This document shows, piece after piece, positions 24,714 through 37,820 of a stretch of DNA of 64,000 nt. The position numbers and the translations under genes are program-made. The number at the start of each line of letters is the position of its first letter. Position 1 is the first letter of the stretch. Source of the stretch: Carcharhinus amblyrhynchos (Eukaryota); contig OZ336879.1 of assembly GCA_965287045.1 (NCBI GenBank), forward strand, positions 89,528,001 through 89,592,000. Direction: 5' to 3'. The notes under the pieces were generated by a model that worked only from the letters and a program-made list of their open reading frames with translations, was not told the origin of the DNA and did no database searches.

Positions 24714-25937
24714 GTGAGCATTGTGTACTTTTATATGTGAAGCAGATTATTTTCACCCATCCTACTGTCCTGAAGGTTTACAATGATGGTGATTTTTTTT
24801 TTACTCATTCCTGCGACATGGGGGCCGGAATTTGACCGGCATGCCCACCCCGATCCCAGGAGCAGGCTTGGCCTGGAGAACGGCATTTTCCATTGGCCTC
24901 AGGTGGGATCATATGAAGCTCGGACGGATGTCCCGGTAAAATTCCGCCCGGGGCATCGCTGGCTGGCCAGCATTTTTTGCCCATCCCTAGTTGCCCTTGG
25001 TCAGATGGTAGTTGAGGGCCAACCACATTGCTGTGGCTCTGGAGTCACATGTAGGCCAGACCAGGTAAGGCTGGCAGATTTCCTTCCCTAAAGGACATTA
25101 ATGAACCAGATGGGTTTTTCCAACATTTGACAATGGTTTCATGGTCATTGCTAGATTCTTAATTCCTGATATTTTTTATTGAATTCAAATTCCACTATCT
25201 GTCATCGCAGGATTTGAACCTGGGTCCCCAGAATGTTTCTCACTTAAGAGATAATACCACTAAGCCATCACTTCCCCTAGAAGTATCCATTTATCTGCAG
25301 TTTGCTTTCTGTCACCTAACCATCTTTTTACCCTCAGAGATACATTTACTTTAGTACGATGCACCATCATCTTAAATCATTTGGGTCTGGTAACATTTCA
25401 TTTTCATCCAACTCACTTTATTTTTAAACATTTGCTTCTTTTTTTCCAGTAGTGAAGCTTCCCCATTTACTTCCCGCCATAATTCAGTCCAAATTAACAG
25501 GTGACCTCTTTTGCCTCTTCATCACATCATTTCTTTCCCCTGACGATCTCCTCTTTTTCCTTGTTCATTTCTTCTTGGTACACTGGATCCTGCATTAGCT
25601 CCGTGATCTTTACTTCACACCCAGGGTTTTCCAGCTAATCCCCTAACCCTCTTTCGTCTGCCTCATTTTGCTCATTCTTGGAGAGATAAGTAAAAGCCGA
25701 TATTTATTTTCCTTTGCTGAAGAGGCCCACTTAAAAACGAGGCTTTGACGCAGAAACTTGAGCAATTAGCACGTGGTAACATTCAAGGCTCGGGGCCAAG
25801 TGCTGGTAAATGGGGTTAAGAGGGAAGTTAGGCGTTTTTTACACATTGGTTCAGACTCGATGGGCCGAAGGGTCTCTTCTGCAATGTACGATTCTAAGAA
25901 TTGGCCACGGATGACGCCTTCTCATCTTTATTTGCAG

Positions 25938-27555
25938 AGATTACTTTCTGAGCGACCGGCTGAGGTCATGTACAACGTACCCGAGCTAAAGGAGGAAAAT
26001 GAACAAGAAGTCATTAGCTGCGACGCTGAGATTTCCGATTCTGAAGTGAGCGTGAAAGATGGAAGGGAAGTCCCGCCACCAGTTCTCACTGAGGGGCAAC
26101 CTCTGCTACTCATTGAGCCGATGGCAGTGCAGACAAGTGGCACGGAAGTGGGTGATGATTCAGAACAACTGGTGGGTGAGTTTATTTCTGTAGAGATTGC
26201 TGGTCCGCCTGGTGCTTTAGATATGGATGATCATCTGAAAGCAAGCTCTATACCCGCTGCCTCATCAGAAACTGGAGAAGACGTCGATCTGATGGAATTT
26301 GAAATAGTGGAAGTGGCCACGACACAATTCCTCATATTACCAGGGTTGACAACTGTCCCGTCTGGAGATCCGATCACTCCCCTTGATTTTATTGACCCAG
26401 TGAAACAAAAAGAAGGAATAGATCTTTTGGGGCCTGAAGTCAAGCCTACAGCGTGTGAGGCCCATGCTAAAGAGGCTCTACATCAAACAAGCACTGTAAT
26501 TCCATCAGACACACCATCACCGGACTCTCAGAAGCCAGCTTCAAGTCCTCCCTTAGGGGCAGAAATCAGTGAAGTAGAAATTGTGCAGGAGATTCAAGAA
26601 ACTTCTAGTAAACAAACCAAAATGGCAGCGACATCGAGCGAGCCGCCTTCTTCTCCAGAAGTTTGTTCCGTCAAACAAGCTGCAGGAGAACTCTCAGATC
26701 TTGAGGACAGGTCAAGCGAAACGTCCGAAGACTCCAGCAGTATTGTGCCGTCTCGTACTGAGGCGCATCTCCAACCTGCAGAGACTTCCCCAACACCCAA
26801 AGACCAGCCGGTCTCAGAAACCGTGAGCCCGGGACACGCGGGAACAGCAGTATTTAAGGAAGCGGACACAAAAACGCCGGAAGACAAAACAACAAGCCAG
26901 CAGAGTCCGTTTAAGAAAAATGGCCAGGGCTCCTTCAAATTCTCAATCTCCTCAGCGTGGAACAGGCCGAGAAGAGGCAGCACCAAGTGGAGCGAAGGGA
27001 ATCTGACGGCAGATTCAGGCATTTCGCAGAACCGATTCCATCAGAATGCCAGTACGTTGCCTGGAAAAGAGCAGACGGAAAAGAATGATGGGATCTCCCT
27101 CTCCGAACCTTCTGTCGATGCACAGAGCTATGAAAAGGCGGAGCAAGGAGAAGGCAGGATTGAGAGTGGAAGGGGCGTGTTTGGGGTAAAACTCCGCAGT
27201 ACCTCACATTCGCTAAAGTACAAAGAGAGTTCTCACTCTGACTACAAAGAGTCAGTGAAACGGCACAGTGCCGACGCTGCTTTGAACTCCGGCTCATCTT
27301 TGCAAGCCAAGGCCGAGAAGGGCGAGGTCAAGAAGCCGCCTGAGGCACCCCTCGGCAACGCACCAAAGGAGGATGGGAAACTGAAAACCAAATCTTCAGA
27401 ATGTCTGGCTGTGAAGCCCCCCTTACCAAAAAAACCTGTCCTGCCAAATGCCAGCACCGCAGCAACAGCCACAGAGAAGCAGAACAAGCCAGTCAAAGGC
27501 AGCCAGGAAAGGGTGAAAGAGACAGAGAAAAAACCAAGTGTCAGTAAAAACTCTG
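25938..27555 (+). CDS. CRACDL: CRACDL large coding exon E (S/P/E/K-rich, likely disordered): RLLSERPAE...KKPSVSKNS
   Basis: Acceptor tttatttgcag|AGA, donor G|gtaaga; 1618 nt, phase 0-1; lies inside ORF 25773-27584; motifs FGVKLRSTSHSLKY and KPPLPKKP. Confidence 0.93.
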
Positions 27556-27704
27556 GTAAGAACTCTCATGCTTATTGGGTGTAACAGACACATTAAAGTG
27601 AAGGAGGATTCAATGTGACTTTTACTCCAAATTTAAACGTTTTCAGAACTGATTTTCCACAGTCCCATTTTCCACCTTTTCCCCAAACTGATCCCAACAT
27701 TCTG

Positions 27705-28085
27705 TGTTCTCTCTCTCTCTCTTTCTTTCTCCTGCTGTCTCTCTCTCTGTCATTCTCACATCATCTCTTCTTCTCCCTCTCTCTTTTCCCTTTCTCTCCC
27801 TCGCTCCTTCTGGTTCCCTATCTCTCTCTTTCTCTTTCTCCAGCTCTTTCTCTCTCTCACTCTCTCTCTCTCCCTCTTTCCCCCCCCCCCCCCCCCCACC
27901 TTTGTCATTCTCACCTAATCTCTTTTCCTTCTTTCTCTTCTTCCCTTTTTCTCTCCCTCTCCCCTTCCAGCTCCCTCTCTCTCTTCTCCTCTCCCCCTTT
28001 GTCATTCTCACTCCCTCTATTTTCCCTCTCTCTCTTCCCCCTTTCTCTCTCTGTCTGGTTCCACCTCTATCTCCCTCTCACCGTA
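27705..28085. repeat. CT-rich polypyrimidine low-complexity tract with a poly-C run
   Basis: Almost pure C/T for about 380 bp, 150 bp downstream of the large exon donor. Confidence 0.9.
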
Positions 28086-28129
28086 GCTTCCCTATTCTTC
28101 CAGTTGAGATTTAAAATTGGTAACTACCT

Positions 28130-28420
28130 GTGACATAGCACAGCGCCAGGATCCCAGGTTCAAGTCAGTGTCTGTGTGGAGTTTGCACATACTTCCTGTG
28201 TCTGCATGGGTTTTCTCTGGGTGCTCCAGTTTCCTCCCACAGTCCAAAGATGTGCAGATAGGTGAATTGGCCATGCTAAAATTGACCCTTAGTGTCAGGG
28301 AGATTAGCAGGATAGATCAGTGGGATTATTACGAGGATGGGGCTGGGTGGGATTGTTATCAGTACAGGCTCGATGAGCCGACTGGCCTCTTCTGCACGGT
28401 AGGGATTCTATGGATTCTAT
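28130..28420 (+). mobile_element. V-SINE, tail A
   Basis: V core and gattctat end. Confidence 0.8.
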
Positions 28421-29479
28421 GCAAGTATTCCACATTTTAATCATAAAAAAACAATCTTCTGCACTCTGTATTTGGTTCTTATGTATACTCATGACCTACA
28501 TTCTAATTAGAATAGTTTATTTTCCTGATGCGGCTTTAAACATTCCTCCCAAATCCTCCTTCAATTTTCGTGACTGAAGAGAATGCAGTCCCAGCTGATT
28601 TGCCCTTTTGGCAGCCCTGTTCCCTGATTTCCCTTATTCTTTCCATAGAAAGAAAGCACACATGTTTATATAGTGCCCTGCCCTATATAACTTGTAGGGA
28701 AGGTCTCCCCTTCAAGGTGTAACCACCCTCCCCCCCGCCCTCCCCAACTGGTCTTTCTACACCCTAGCCCTCACCCACACCTCACCAGGGCCTGTCAGCC
28801 TGGCCCCAGCGAGACACCCCACTTACCTACAATCCCAGGTCGAGCACCTGGGCCTCGCTGCAGTACCGGCACTGGCCACTGCTCCTGGTGGCAGTACTGG
28901 AGGGCTGCCAGCCTCTGACTGGTTGGCAGGTCGCTGAGGCAACACCTCCTGTTTCTGAGAGCGGTCAATTAATGGCTAACATAGAGTGGGGGAGGGCGTT
29001 GGTGGTCATTGTGGCTAGCTACTAAATTTAGCCTTCCAGATGTTTCTTTGCAATGATTTTATTTAATCCCTTTACATCCGTATTCAATTCCAAAGTTCCA
29101 TTTCCTTTCTTAATGGCAATTTTTAACCTATTAGGAATTCACTATTAAGAATGATTGTACTTAGATGGTCTCTGTTTCTCCTGACATTATGAACTTTATG
29201 ATTTAAGTTATATGTTCATCTTTTATTCTTATGTTTCTAAATGTTTCCCTTTCTTTAGGCTATTTACATCATCCTGTAGTCTTCTCCATTCTTCTGGCCA
29301 GTTTTCTACTCTTCCCAGTTTTGATTTTATACCCACCTTTTTTATGTCTAAGTCTGCAATATTTATAAACAGTAGTGATTCCAATGCTAATCATTGTACA
29401 CTCCATTAATCTGTGACACATTCATATGGTAAAACATTCTCTCTGCTTTTTTGCTCATCTCTCTTCCTATCCTTGAGGC

Positions 29480-29890
29480 CAAGTTACTCACAAGTTGGAT
29501 AACTCACCTGCATACTCCCCAAGCTGGTCCACCATCTACTTGCCACTTGCCTGGATGGGTGCAGCTCCAACAATGCCCAGACAGCTTCACACCATCCAGG
29601 ACAAAACGGCCCATTTGACTGGCAGCCCATCCACAAGCATTCATTCTCTCGCCCATCGACGCATTGTGGCAGCCCAGTGTACTATCTACAAGATGCGCTG
29701 CATTAACTCGATAAAGGCTCCTTAGCAACCTCCAAACTACTACCACCTTGAAAGACAAGGGCAGCAGACAATAGGAACATATCGCCTGGGAGTTCCCCTC
29801 CAAGCCATTCACCACCCCTGACTTGGAAATTTATTGCAGCGCCTGTCACTGGGTCAAAATCCTGGAACTTCCACCCTACACTGTGGGTGT
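29480..29890 (+). mobile_element. Distinct CR1/L2-group LINE C-terminal fragment (related RT pieces near 42610-42715 and 44445-44610)
   Basis: LAWMGAAPTMPRQLHTIQDKTAHL...SIHSLAHRRIVAAQCTIYKM. Confidence 0.6.
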
Positions 29891-30634
29891 GCCTACACTC
29901 ACCCCCACCGATTGCCTGCAGAGTGGCAATGGGTTCCCCCTCCCTCCCTGATCAGGCTGTCCTGGCCTGGCCCCACCCCCTTCAGGCACCACCCTAAATA
30001 CCCTGCCTCCTTCAGGCCCAACCCCTTTCAGGCCATGCCCCTGACAATGCCCGGTGGGCAGTGCCATGGTGCCAGGCTGGCAGTGCCCGAGGACCACCTC
30101 CCCCCTTGCCCCAATTTTCCGGGAGGACCTCAGTGGCTTCCGGTTCTACCCAGTGAGGCCAACAGATCTGTTCCCCATTGTTAGGGGCCAGATATTTTCC
30201 TCGCCAGAAAAAACCGCCCCTGCTGAGGCCGCAAAGGCCAGTGAGCCCAGGCGATTGAGTGCCGGGCTTCTGAAAAACATGTCAATTAGCATTTTAGTAT
30301 ATTTGAAGAAATTAGTTGGCCTCTCGCCAGAAATGGGTGAGGGGGCTAATCATGCCAGATATCCGCTGCCAGTAAGATGACGAGAGATGAGAAATTGGGC
30401 ACAATCCTGATTTCTCGGCTCTCGTGCGATTGCACCAGCTCGCTCTGCCTATCGATGGGCGGGGTGAGCGGGTAAAGTCACAAGCAATGAATGTGAGTTT
30501 ACTCCTGCCCCACTCTGCCACGTTTCTGCATCTTGTTGCGGCAGTGCCACCAAATGGGTAATTTATTCTGCAAATGGTGCAAATTCTCAGCACAACTGCA
30601 CTGCCCTCATCTCAAGGTCCTGTCACTTTGGGGT

Positions 30635-30845
30635 CATAGAATCTCTACTATGCAGAAGGAGGCCATTTTGCCCATCGAGCCAACGCAATCTAACAATCCC
30701 ACCCAGGCCTTATCCCCAGAACCCCACCTCGCTAGCCCACCTGACAGTAAGGGGCAATTTAGCATGGCCAATCAGCCTTACCCGCACATCTTTGGACTGT
30801 GGGAGGAAACTGGAGCACCCGGAGGAAACTCACACAGACACGGGC
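30635..30845 (-). mobile_element. V-SINE, tail A (partial)
   Basis: Reverse-complement tail and core. Confidence 0.75.
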
Positions 30846-31844
30846 ACTAAGTAACCTGTTCCTTCGGGGAGCCAGAACTGACACGACAGGCTGATCAGCC
30901 GCCTTCTGTGCTGTAACCATTCTGTGATTCTAAGTAACAAACTTAAATTTAAACTTTATTCTGCCCTGCACCATTTCCCCAACTTCACCTGAATAAGCAA
31001 TCTTTTGTGTTAATTCTTGTGAACACTGTTTAAACACAAGGATCAAACCCAGGTAGCTATAAAAACTAAAACATTATTGCTTTCTATGGTCTTTCTCACT
31101 TATTTATTTATATGTGTTAATTTTGCAACAGATAAGACAATGCCCTAAAGGCTTGTTGTGGGCTATGAAATACAGACGGACAGAATTAATACAAGTTTTT
31201 GTTTAATTTATTCCCCTGCCCCTTTTCACCCGTATTGTGATTTCCCTCTTTTAGCCGTGCCCTGTGTTACAAGCAGTCCATCGCTAAGGTGGGTGAATAA
31301 CTTCCCTTTGGTGCTGCTCCAAGCAAAAGAGGGTGTCGACACATGATTTAGATTGACTCATTTCTCAGCTTTCTGCTTTTTCCCTTGGGAAAATGCGCCT
31401 CAGATTGTAGCTGCGTCCCTTGGAAGTTGCTCCGCAAGCTAGGGACACAAAAAGTGAGGAATTCCGTAACCAGGGAGCCCTGGTTATCAATTGTGTTATA
31501 ACCAGGAAACCGAGACCAGTACGTCCACCCTGAAATCCTGAAAACCACTTGCCGCACACTGCTTTACAGCCTTGCATTATTATTTAGCAGATTACTGCTT
31601 CAGTTGGTTGTATTAAAGAAAGCCAGAACACATGTTATCAGGCAGAGTTGATATTTGTACAGTTGTGGCTATGCCCCTGAGGTTAGTCACAAAGAGAGGT
31701 CGAGGAGTGGGAAGATCTTCATTCAGCCACTCACAAACCTTCAGTTCACTGTTTCAGAAGCATTGTTGGTAAAGAGCCTTGGAAAATATATCACCTGCAG
31801 TCAGTCAGCAGATGCTGGTTTAGCGAGGAGAGATGTATTGAATA

Positions 31845-32505
31845 GAATAGAATCATAGAAACCCTACAGTGCAGGAGGAAGCCATTCAAGGTTGAATCTG
31901 CATCGACAACTGATTATTTATTATTTATCCTGCTAATCCCCCTAACCTCCACACCTAGAAATCATCGGAACGTAGAAATCATACAGTACAGAAAGAGGCC
32001 ATTTGGCCCATCGAGTCTGCACCGATCACAATCCCACCCAGGCCCTCGCCCCATATCCCTACGTATTTTACCCATATATAATCCCTCTAACCTATGCATC
32101 TCAGGACACTAAGGGGCAATTTACCATGGCCAATCAACCTAACCCGCACATCTTTGGATTGTGGGAGGAAACTGGAGAACTCAGAGGAAACCCACGCAGA
32201 CATGAGGAGAATGTGCAAACTCTACACAGACAGTGACCCGAGCCAGGAATCAAACCCAGGTCCCTGGAGCTGTGAAGCAGCAGTGCTAACCACTGTGCTA
32301 CCATGCCGCCCCATCTTGGGGCACCAAGGGGTAATTTAGCATGGTTAATCTACCTAACCTGCAGATCTTTGGACTGTGGGCTGACAGAGCACCCAGGGGA
32401 AACCCCGTGCAGACATTGGGAGAATGTGCAAACTCCACACAGACAGTGACCCAAGGTCAGAATTGGACCCGGGTCCCTAGTGCTGAGAGGCAGCAGTGCT
32501 AACCA
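31845..32505 (-). mobile_element. Cluster of 2-3 tandem or nested V-SINEs, tail A
   Basis: Tail fragment 31845-31955, full copy about 31965-32310, partial copy about 32320-32505. Confidence 0.75.
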
Positions 32506-32558
32506 AGCAAGTACATGCTTGCTAATGTGCGAGTGGTAGAGGAAAGACTCATTCAAAC

Positions 32559-32795
32559 TGTAATGTCTTCAGTCAGGCTATTGAGGTTGGCCTATTGGAA
32601 TATGAACTCCCTAATTAAGGAGCCAATTGATGGGCCAATCAGGGGGTCTTTGTCTTGTACTTAACCAGCAGTGTCAGTTCCTGTGACACTCCCTGGAGGT
32701 AGATTGCTGACTGCTTGTACTCTGTGTGCTGCTGTTAGAGTTTGGAAAGAGAGGGATTCTGGTGAAGGGACTTCTGCCTCTGAAGTCTTATTACA
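32559..32795 (+). mobile_element. Short solo LTR (237 bp), Gypsy-like
   Basis: Inverted termini TGTAAT...ATTACA; near-perfect 5-bp TSD CAAAC/CAAAA; two CCAAT boxes. Confidence 0.65.
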
Positions 32796-32869
32796 CAAAA
32801 ATTAGCACAACAACAGTTGTACAAACAACAGTACACATTTCAAGTGTACTATTGCTGTTATTTTGGGTT

Positions 32870-33400
32870 TTCTGCTATTCTTTTGTAGGATGTGGGTGTT
32901 GCTGGAGGGGCCAGCATTTGTTGCCCATCCCTAATTGCCCTTGACCTGTTTAAGTTTATTTATTAGTGTCACAGGTAGGCTTATGTTAACACCGCATCTG
33001 GTTCACTGATGTCCTTTAGAGAAGGAAATCTGCCATCCTTACCTGGTCTGGCCTACATGTGATTCAAGAGTCTCAGCAATGTGATTGATTCTCAACTGCC
33101 CTCCAAGGGCAACTATGGGTGGGCAATAAACATTGGCCAGCCAGTGACGCCCATGTCCTATGAGTGAATATAAAAAAAAGTTAGTGTGAAAATCCCCTAG
33201 TCGCCACACTCAGGCACCTGTTGGGGTACACTGAGGGGCGTACTCAGCCATTGCAGAGGACAGTTAATTGTCAACCACATTGCTGTAGGTCTGGAGTCAT
33301 ATGTACACCAGACTGAGCAAGACTGGCAAATTTCCTCCCCTAAAGAACAGATGGGTTTTTACAACAATCGACGCTGGTTGTGATGTTCACGATTACTGAG
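32870..33400. mobile_element. Triple nest: SINE family 2 (+) inside V-SINE tail B (-) inside SINE family 2 (-)
   Basis: Family 2 (-) 32870-32948; V-SINE B (-) 32949-32996; family 2 (+) 32995-33179; V-SINE B (-) 33180-33237; family 2 (-) 33238-33400. Confidence 0.7.
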
Positions 33401-34084
33401 ACTATTTATCTTCTGCTGTCTGAGAACACCTCGTTGTGTGAGCAAAGAGATTGTACAACTTTTTGCATTCATTGAAACTTTCAAAAGGAACACATTTAAA
33501 CAGAAGTTGTCTTTCTCAGAGTAAATTCATGTTAACAGATAAAGAAAGCCCAGGACAATGAATCCATGACCTTTTTATATACATTGTGTAATTGTAACTC
33601 TATGCAAGGATGTCACACTTGGCTACATTCCAACAAGTTAATCAGTTCCACGGAACAAAGAAACATAGACCTCTCTCCTCCCCAGACAGCTAATTGAATT
33701 CTTCATCTGAGCCTCATTGCATTTCAAAACATTACCCTCAGTTTTGTGACATTTTGATTAATGAGGGTGGAATTAATATATCTTAGCTGGTCTCTTGGGA
33801 AATTGTTCTCAGAATTCATGGTTTGGGTCTTATTTCTCTGCATTGCTCAATGTCACCTGAAGCGTATCCCCTCTGCCACTAAGCCATTTCCATTTCCATT
33901 TGCCATCTCGTTTTTATTACTCCATTTATTGTGGTCAGATGGCTGGTCTGGTGATGCTTTCCATTTGTCTTCCTTAACTAAGAACTCCCGAATATAAAGA
34001 GGGGTGTTCAGCCACAGTTAGAAAATGCATACCTGAATCGGGAACCCTGATATTAATCACTTTCTTCACCAAACTGCAAATTAC

Positions 34085-34830
34085 TGGTGGCCCAGTGGTT
34101 AGCATTACTGCCTCACAACGCTAGGGACCTGGGTTCAACTGCCGCCTTGGGTCATTATCTGTGTGGAGTTTGCACATTCTCCCCGTGTCTGTATGGGTTT
34201 CCTTTGGGTGCTCCGCTTTCCTTCCATAGTCCAAAGGTGTGCAGGTTAGGTGGATTGACCATGCTGAATTGTCCCGTAGTGTCCCAAGATGTGTAGATTA
34301 GGGGGATTAGCAGGGTAATATATAGGGTTACAGGGATAGGCCCTGTGTACGATGCCTTGTCAGGGAGTCAGTGCAGATCTGATGGGCTGAATGGCCTCCT
34401 TCCACACGGTAGGATTCTCTGATCTCCAAGCTTTATTTCAGTGCAAAATCTGAGACAGCTGTGTTTTGGGGAGAACACTGAATGATCAACAGGGCAAGGT
34501 TTCATCTCTCTGTCCAGGGTGGCCTGGTGGCACAGTGGTTAGCACTGCTGACTCACAGCGCCAGGGACCCGGGTTCGATTCCCAGCTTGGGTCCCTGTCT
34601 GTGTGGAGTTTACACATTCTCCCTGTATCTGTGCGGGTTTGCTTCGGGTGCTCCAGTTTCCTCCCACAGTCCGAAAGATGCGCTGATTGGGTGCATTGGC
34701 CATGCTAAATTCTCCCTCAGTGTTCCCGAACAGGTGCCGGAGTGTGGAGACTGTGGGATTTTCACTGTAATTTCATTGCAGTGTTAATGTAAGCCTACTT
34801 GTGAGACTAATAAATAAACTTAAACTTTAA
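34085..34830 (+). mobile_element. Two V-SINEs: tail A (34085-34425) and tail B (34520-34830)
   Basis: Same head and core; the two diverge after ccatgct(a/g)aatt. Confidence 0.85.
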
Positions 34831-36439
34831 GCACACAGGGAACTGGCAGGAATCAGCTGCCCATTATAGCCAATGGGCATTGGGCAGTTACTATAATGAG
34901 CAGCCAATTCACAATGCCCATTTTATACCCAATATTGGAAACCTACCTGGTAGTTCAAAATGGTTCAACATGAAAGTGTGTTCTAATCTGGCATCGCCCA
35001 AGCGATAACGTTGTAGGTTTGTTACAGTATTCCAATATTCTGGACACAAAGGGATGGATTTTAACTCCCGGCCAGTCCACCAATGAGGTGTGCCAGCTGC
35101 TTGACCCTTAGTGCCAGCTGGTCCATCCAGAGGACTAGGTCTCCTTGAGAGAGTGTAAAATCACCATCCTGATACCAGCTCCACACGGTCACAATTTCCA
35201 GTGATCTGGCAGCCAGGTCAGATCAGCTAGTAAGTGTTAGAAATGAAACCACAAATGCTGGAAATTGGGAACCCGCGCACCTTTGGACTGTGGGAGGAAA
35301 TCGGAGCGCCTGGAGGAAACCCACGCAGACACGGGGAGAACATGCAAACTTCTCACAGTGACCTGAGGCCGGAATTGAACCCAGGTCCCTGGCAGCATCT
35401 GTGGAGAGAGAAAACAGAGTTCACTTCTGCCACTAAAACTCTGTCCTTGTTCATGGCTGGGATTCTCCAGTGTCGCTGAAAGTGAATGGAGTTTTGGCTG
35501 GAATGCCAAGCTCTCCGTTCTTACTTGCAGCGGAGTGGCCACGGACAAGTTTGGAGAATCCCACCCTCCATGCCCGTGAACTTTCCGCAGAGGTATCAGG
35601 CAGGTTTTTACAGTCTCACTCGTCCTGAAACCATACGATCCTGCCTGAGATCAATGGACCTTTCTATGGTCCACCCCTTCGCCCATGCCGATTCCTGTGG
35701 TGAGCAGGACAGTAAAATTCTGGCTACTGTGTACATTTGGAGGGGTGGGGAGGGTTGTGCTCACAGAGTGGCAGGGGGAGGAGTGAGATGGCGGAGGTTG
35801 TTGGGGCGGTTTTCGATGGTGTGTAGAAAGCCCAGGATAACAAGGCACCACATTGCTTTGTGGAGGGTGAAGGAACGGTGCTGCTCCCTCTGACCTCTGG
35901 TTTCAACATTTACATGGAGGCAAATAGGGCAGATAGATTTAGTACACAGGTAGATAAACATAGAGAAAAGGAATAGGAGGATACACTAAATTGAGGGACA
36001 GAAGTGTGAGGAAGAAGTAAAAACAATGACAAGAGAAAATGTACTAGGGCCCTTTGAGCCACCGAGCCTGCACCAATCACGATGCCTGCCTCAACTATGG
36101 GTCCGTATCCTTCCATTCCCATCCTATTCATGTATTCATTTAGATGCCCCTTATCGTACCTGCTCCCATCACCTTCTGGTCTACATGTTTCAGACATTCA
36201 CCACCCTCTGTGTAAAAAAACTTGCCTCACATATCTCCTTGAAACTTTCTCCCCATGCACCTTAATCCTATGTCCCCAATTACTTGACTTTTCTACCAAA
36301 GGAAAGAGCATCTGACTATCCACTCTGTCCATGCCATTCATAATCTTGTAAACCTCTATCAGGTCACCCCTCAACCTCCCTCCTTACAGTGAGAACAAAC
36401 CAAGTTTATCCAACCTCTCCTCATGGTTAATACGCTCCT

Positions 36440-36598
36440 GAGGGACCTGATAGGTTTCATATTAAAGGAAGTAGCTATAGAGATAATGGATGCACTGGTG
36501 GTAGTCTTTCAAGAATCCTTAAGTTCAGGAAAATTTCCAGAGGATTGGAAAACTGCCAATGTAACAGCCTTACTGAAAAAGGGAGAGAGACAAAAACA
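36440..36598 (+). mobile_element. CR1 ORF2 internal fragment
   Basis: ILKEVAIEIMDALVVVFQESLSSGKFPEDWKTANVTALLKKGERQK. Confidence 0.8.
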
Positions 36599-36725
36599 TG
36601 ACGACATGGTCCGGCCTCTTTCTTCTCCCTGTTTTTACTGAGCAGCGCATCTGTAATGCGCACTCTGCCCAGTTAAAATGTCCGTCACGGGGGAGGTCCG
36701 GAGTGCATTATAAACCATCAAACCA

Positions 36726-36782
36726 GAGAGATTAATGAGCCTCTGATAGATTAACGAGGCTCCGATAGTTTAATGAGGCTCT
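36726..36782. repeat. Imperfect tandem of 3 x 19 bp
   Basis: gagagattaatgagcctct / gatagattaacgaggctcc / gatagtttaatgaggctct. Confidence 0.7.
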
Positions 36783-37589
36783 CTTCTGTTGTGAGCAGGG
36801 TGGGGAGGAGAAGTAAAATGATGAACAAATTGACTATTTATCAGTTAAACCAATTTCATTTCTTCCAGAGAAATCTGTTGAAGTTTTGCAAGATGACCAT
36901 TGTGAAGAAGGTAGAAATACGAAAGCGTGGAACTGCTAATCTTTTATCATTAATTACTGGACAGATTGTTTTGGGGGCGCTGAAATTTTAAAAAATTATA
37001 TCTAAACCCTATGTGTGACATCAACTAAATCACCTGATTCTAATCAACATGTAAAAATGTGATTACAAAATGATTTTTTTTATTTTTATAGTGATGTGTA
37101 TTTCTGAGTAAATGAAGTCTGTCATACACAATTCACCGCAAATATCCCATCTTTCAGAATGTGGTTCTCTTCCCTATACGGGGGATTTTCACAGTAACTT
37201 CATTGCAGTGGGAATGTAAGCCTACTTGTGACTAATAAATAAACTTCAACATTCAAATCCTGTCTTTTCGAGAAGCAGTCTGGAAAAATGAGACAACAAG
37301 TTACAAAATAAGACCGACACACCTAGAAAAATAAAATGCTGATGCTGCACGCAAACTGGACAAACCAGCCACAGAGAGCTGCGAGTAATCCAGGACCAGA
37401 ACTGACTTCAGTGCACAGGACGTGGCAGGGATGTGAACTGCTCCACAGCAAACAGTCGCTGAAGCAGCCAGCCAATCATTCCAAATAGTGGGTGCTGATA
37501 ACAAGGATTTCTACAGGATATGGGGAGTGAGCAGCAAGGTGGGGCCAGACTGGGTCTCTCATGTGCAAACAACACTTAATGAGCCAATT

Positions 37590-37820
37590 AGCACAGTGGT
37601 CAGCACTGTTGCTTCACAGCGCCAGGGACCTGGGTTCAATTCCTGACTTGGATCACTGTCTGTGTGGAGTTTGCATGTTCTCACCGTGTCTGTGTGGGTT
37701 TCCCCCCACAGTCTGAAAGACATGCTGGTTCGATGCATTGACCCAAACAGGCGCCGGACTGTGGCGACTAGGGGAATTTCACAGTAACTTCATTGCAGTG
37801 CCTTACTTGTGACTATTAAA
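37590..37820 (+). mobile_element. V-SINE, tail B
   Basis: Head, core and tttcacagtaacttcattgc tail. Confidence 0.8.

Noticed and set aside
25773-27584. 603-aa ORF as a standalone intronless gene
   Set aside because: The first 55 codons are intronic and include a V-SINE tail remnant (about 25850-25897), and the last codons run past a G|gtaag donor. The real exon is 25938-27555.
27615-28133. Hydrophobic L/S/F ORFs and the antisense R/E/K ORF
   Set aside because: Artefacts of the CT/AG tract.
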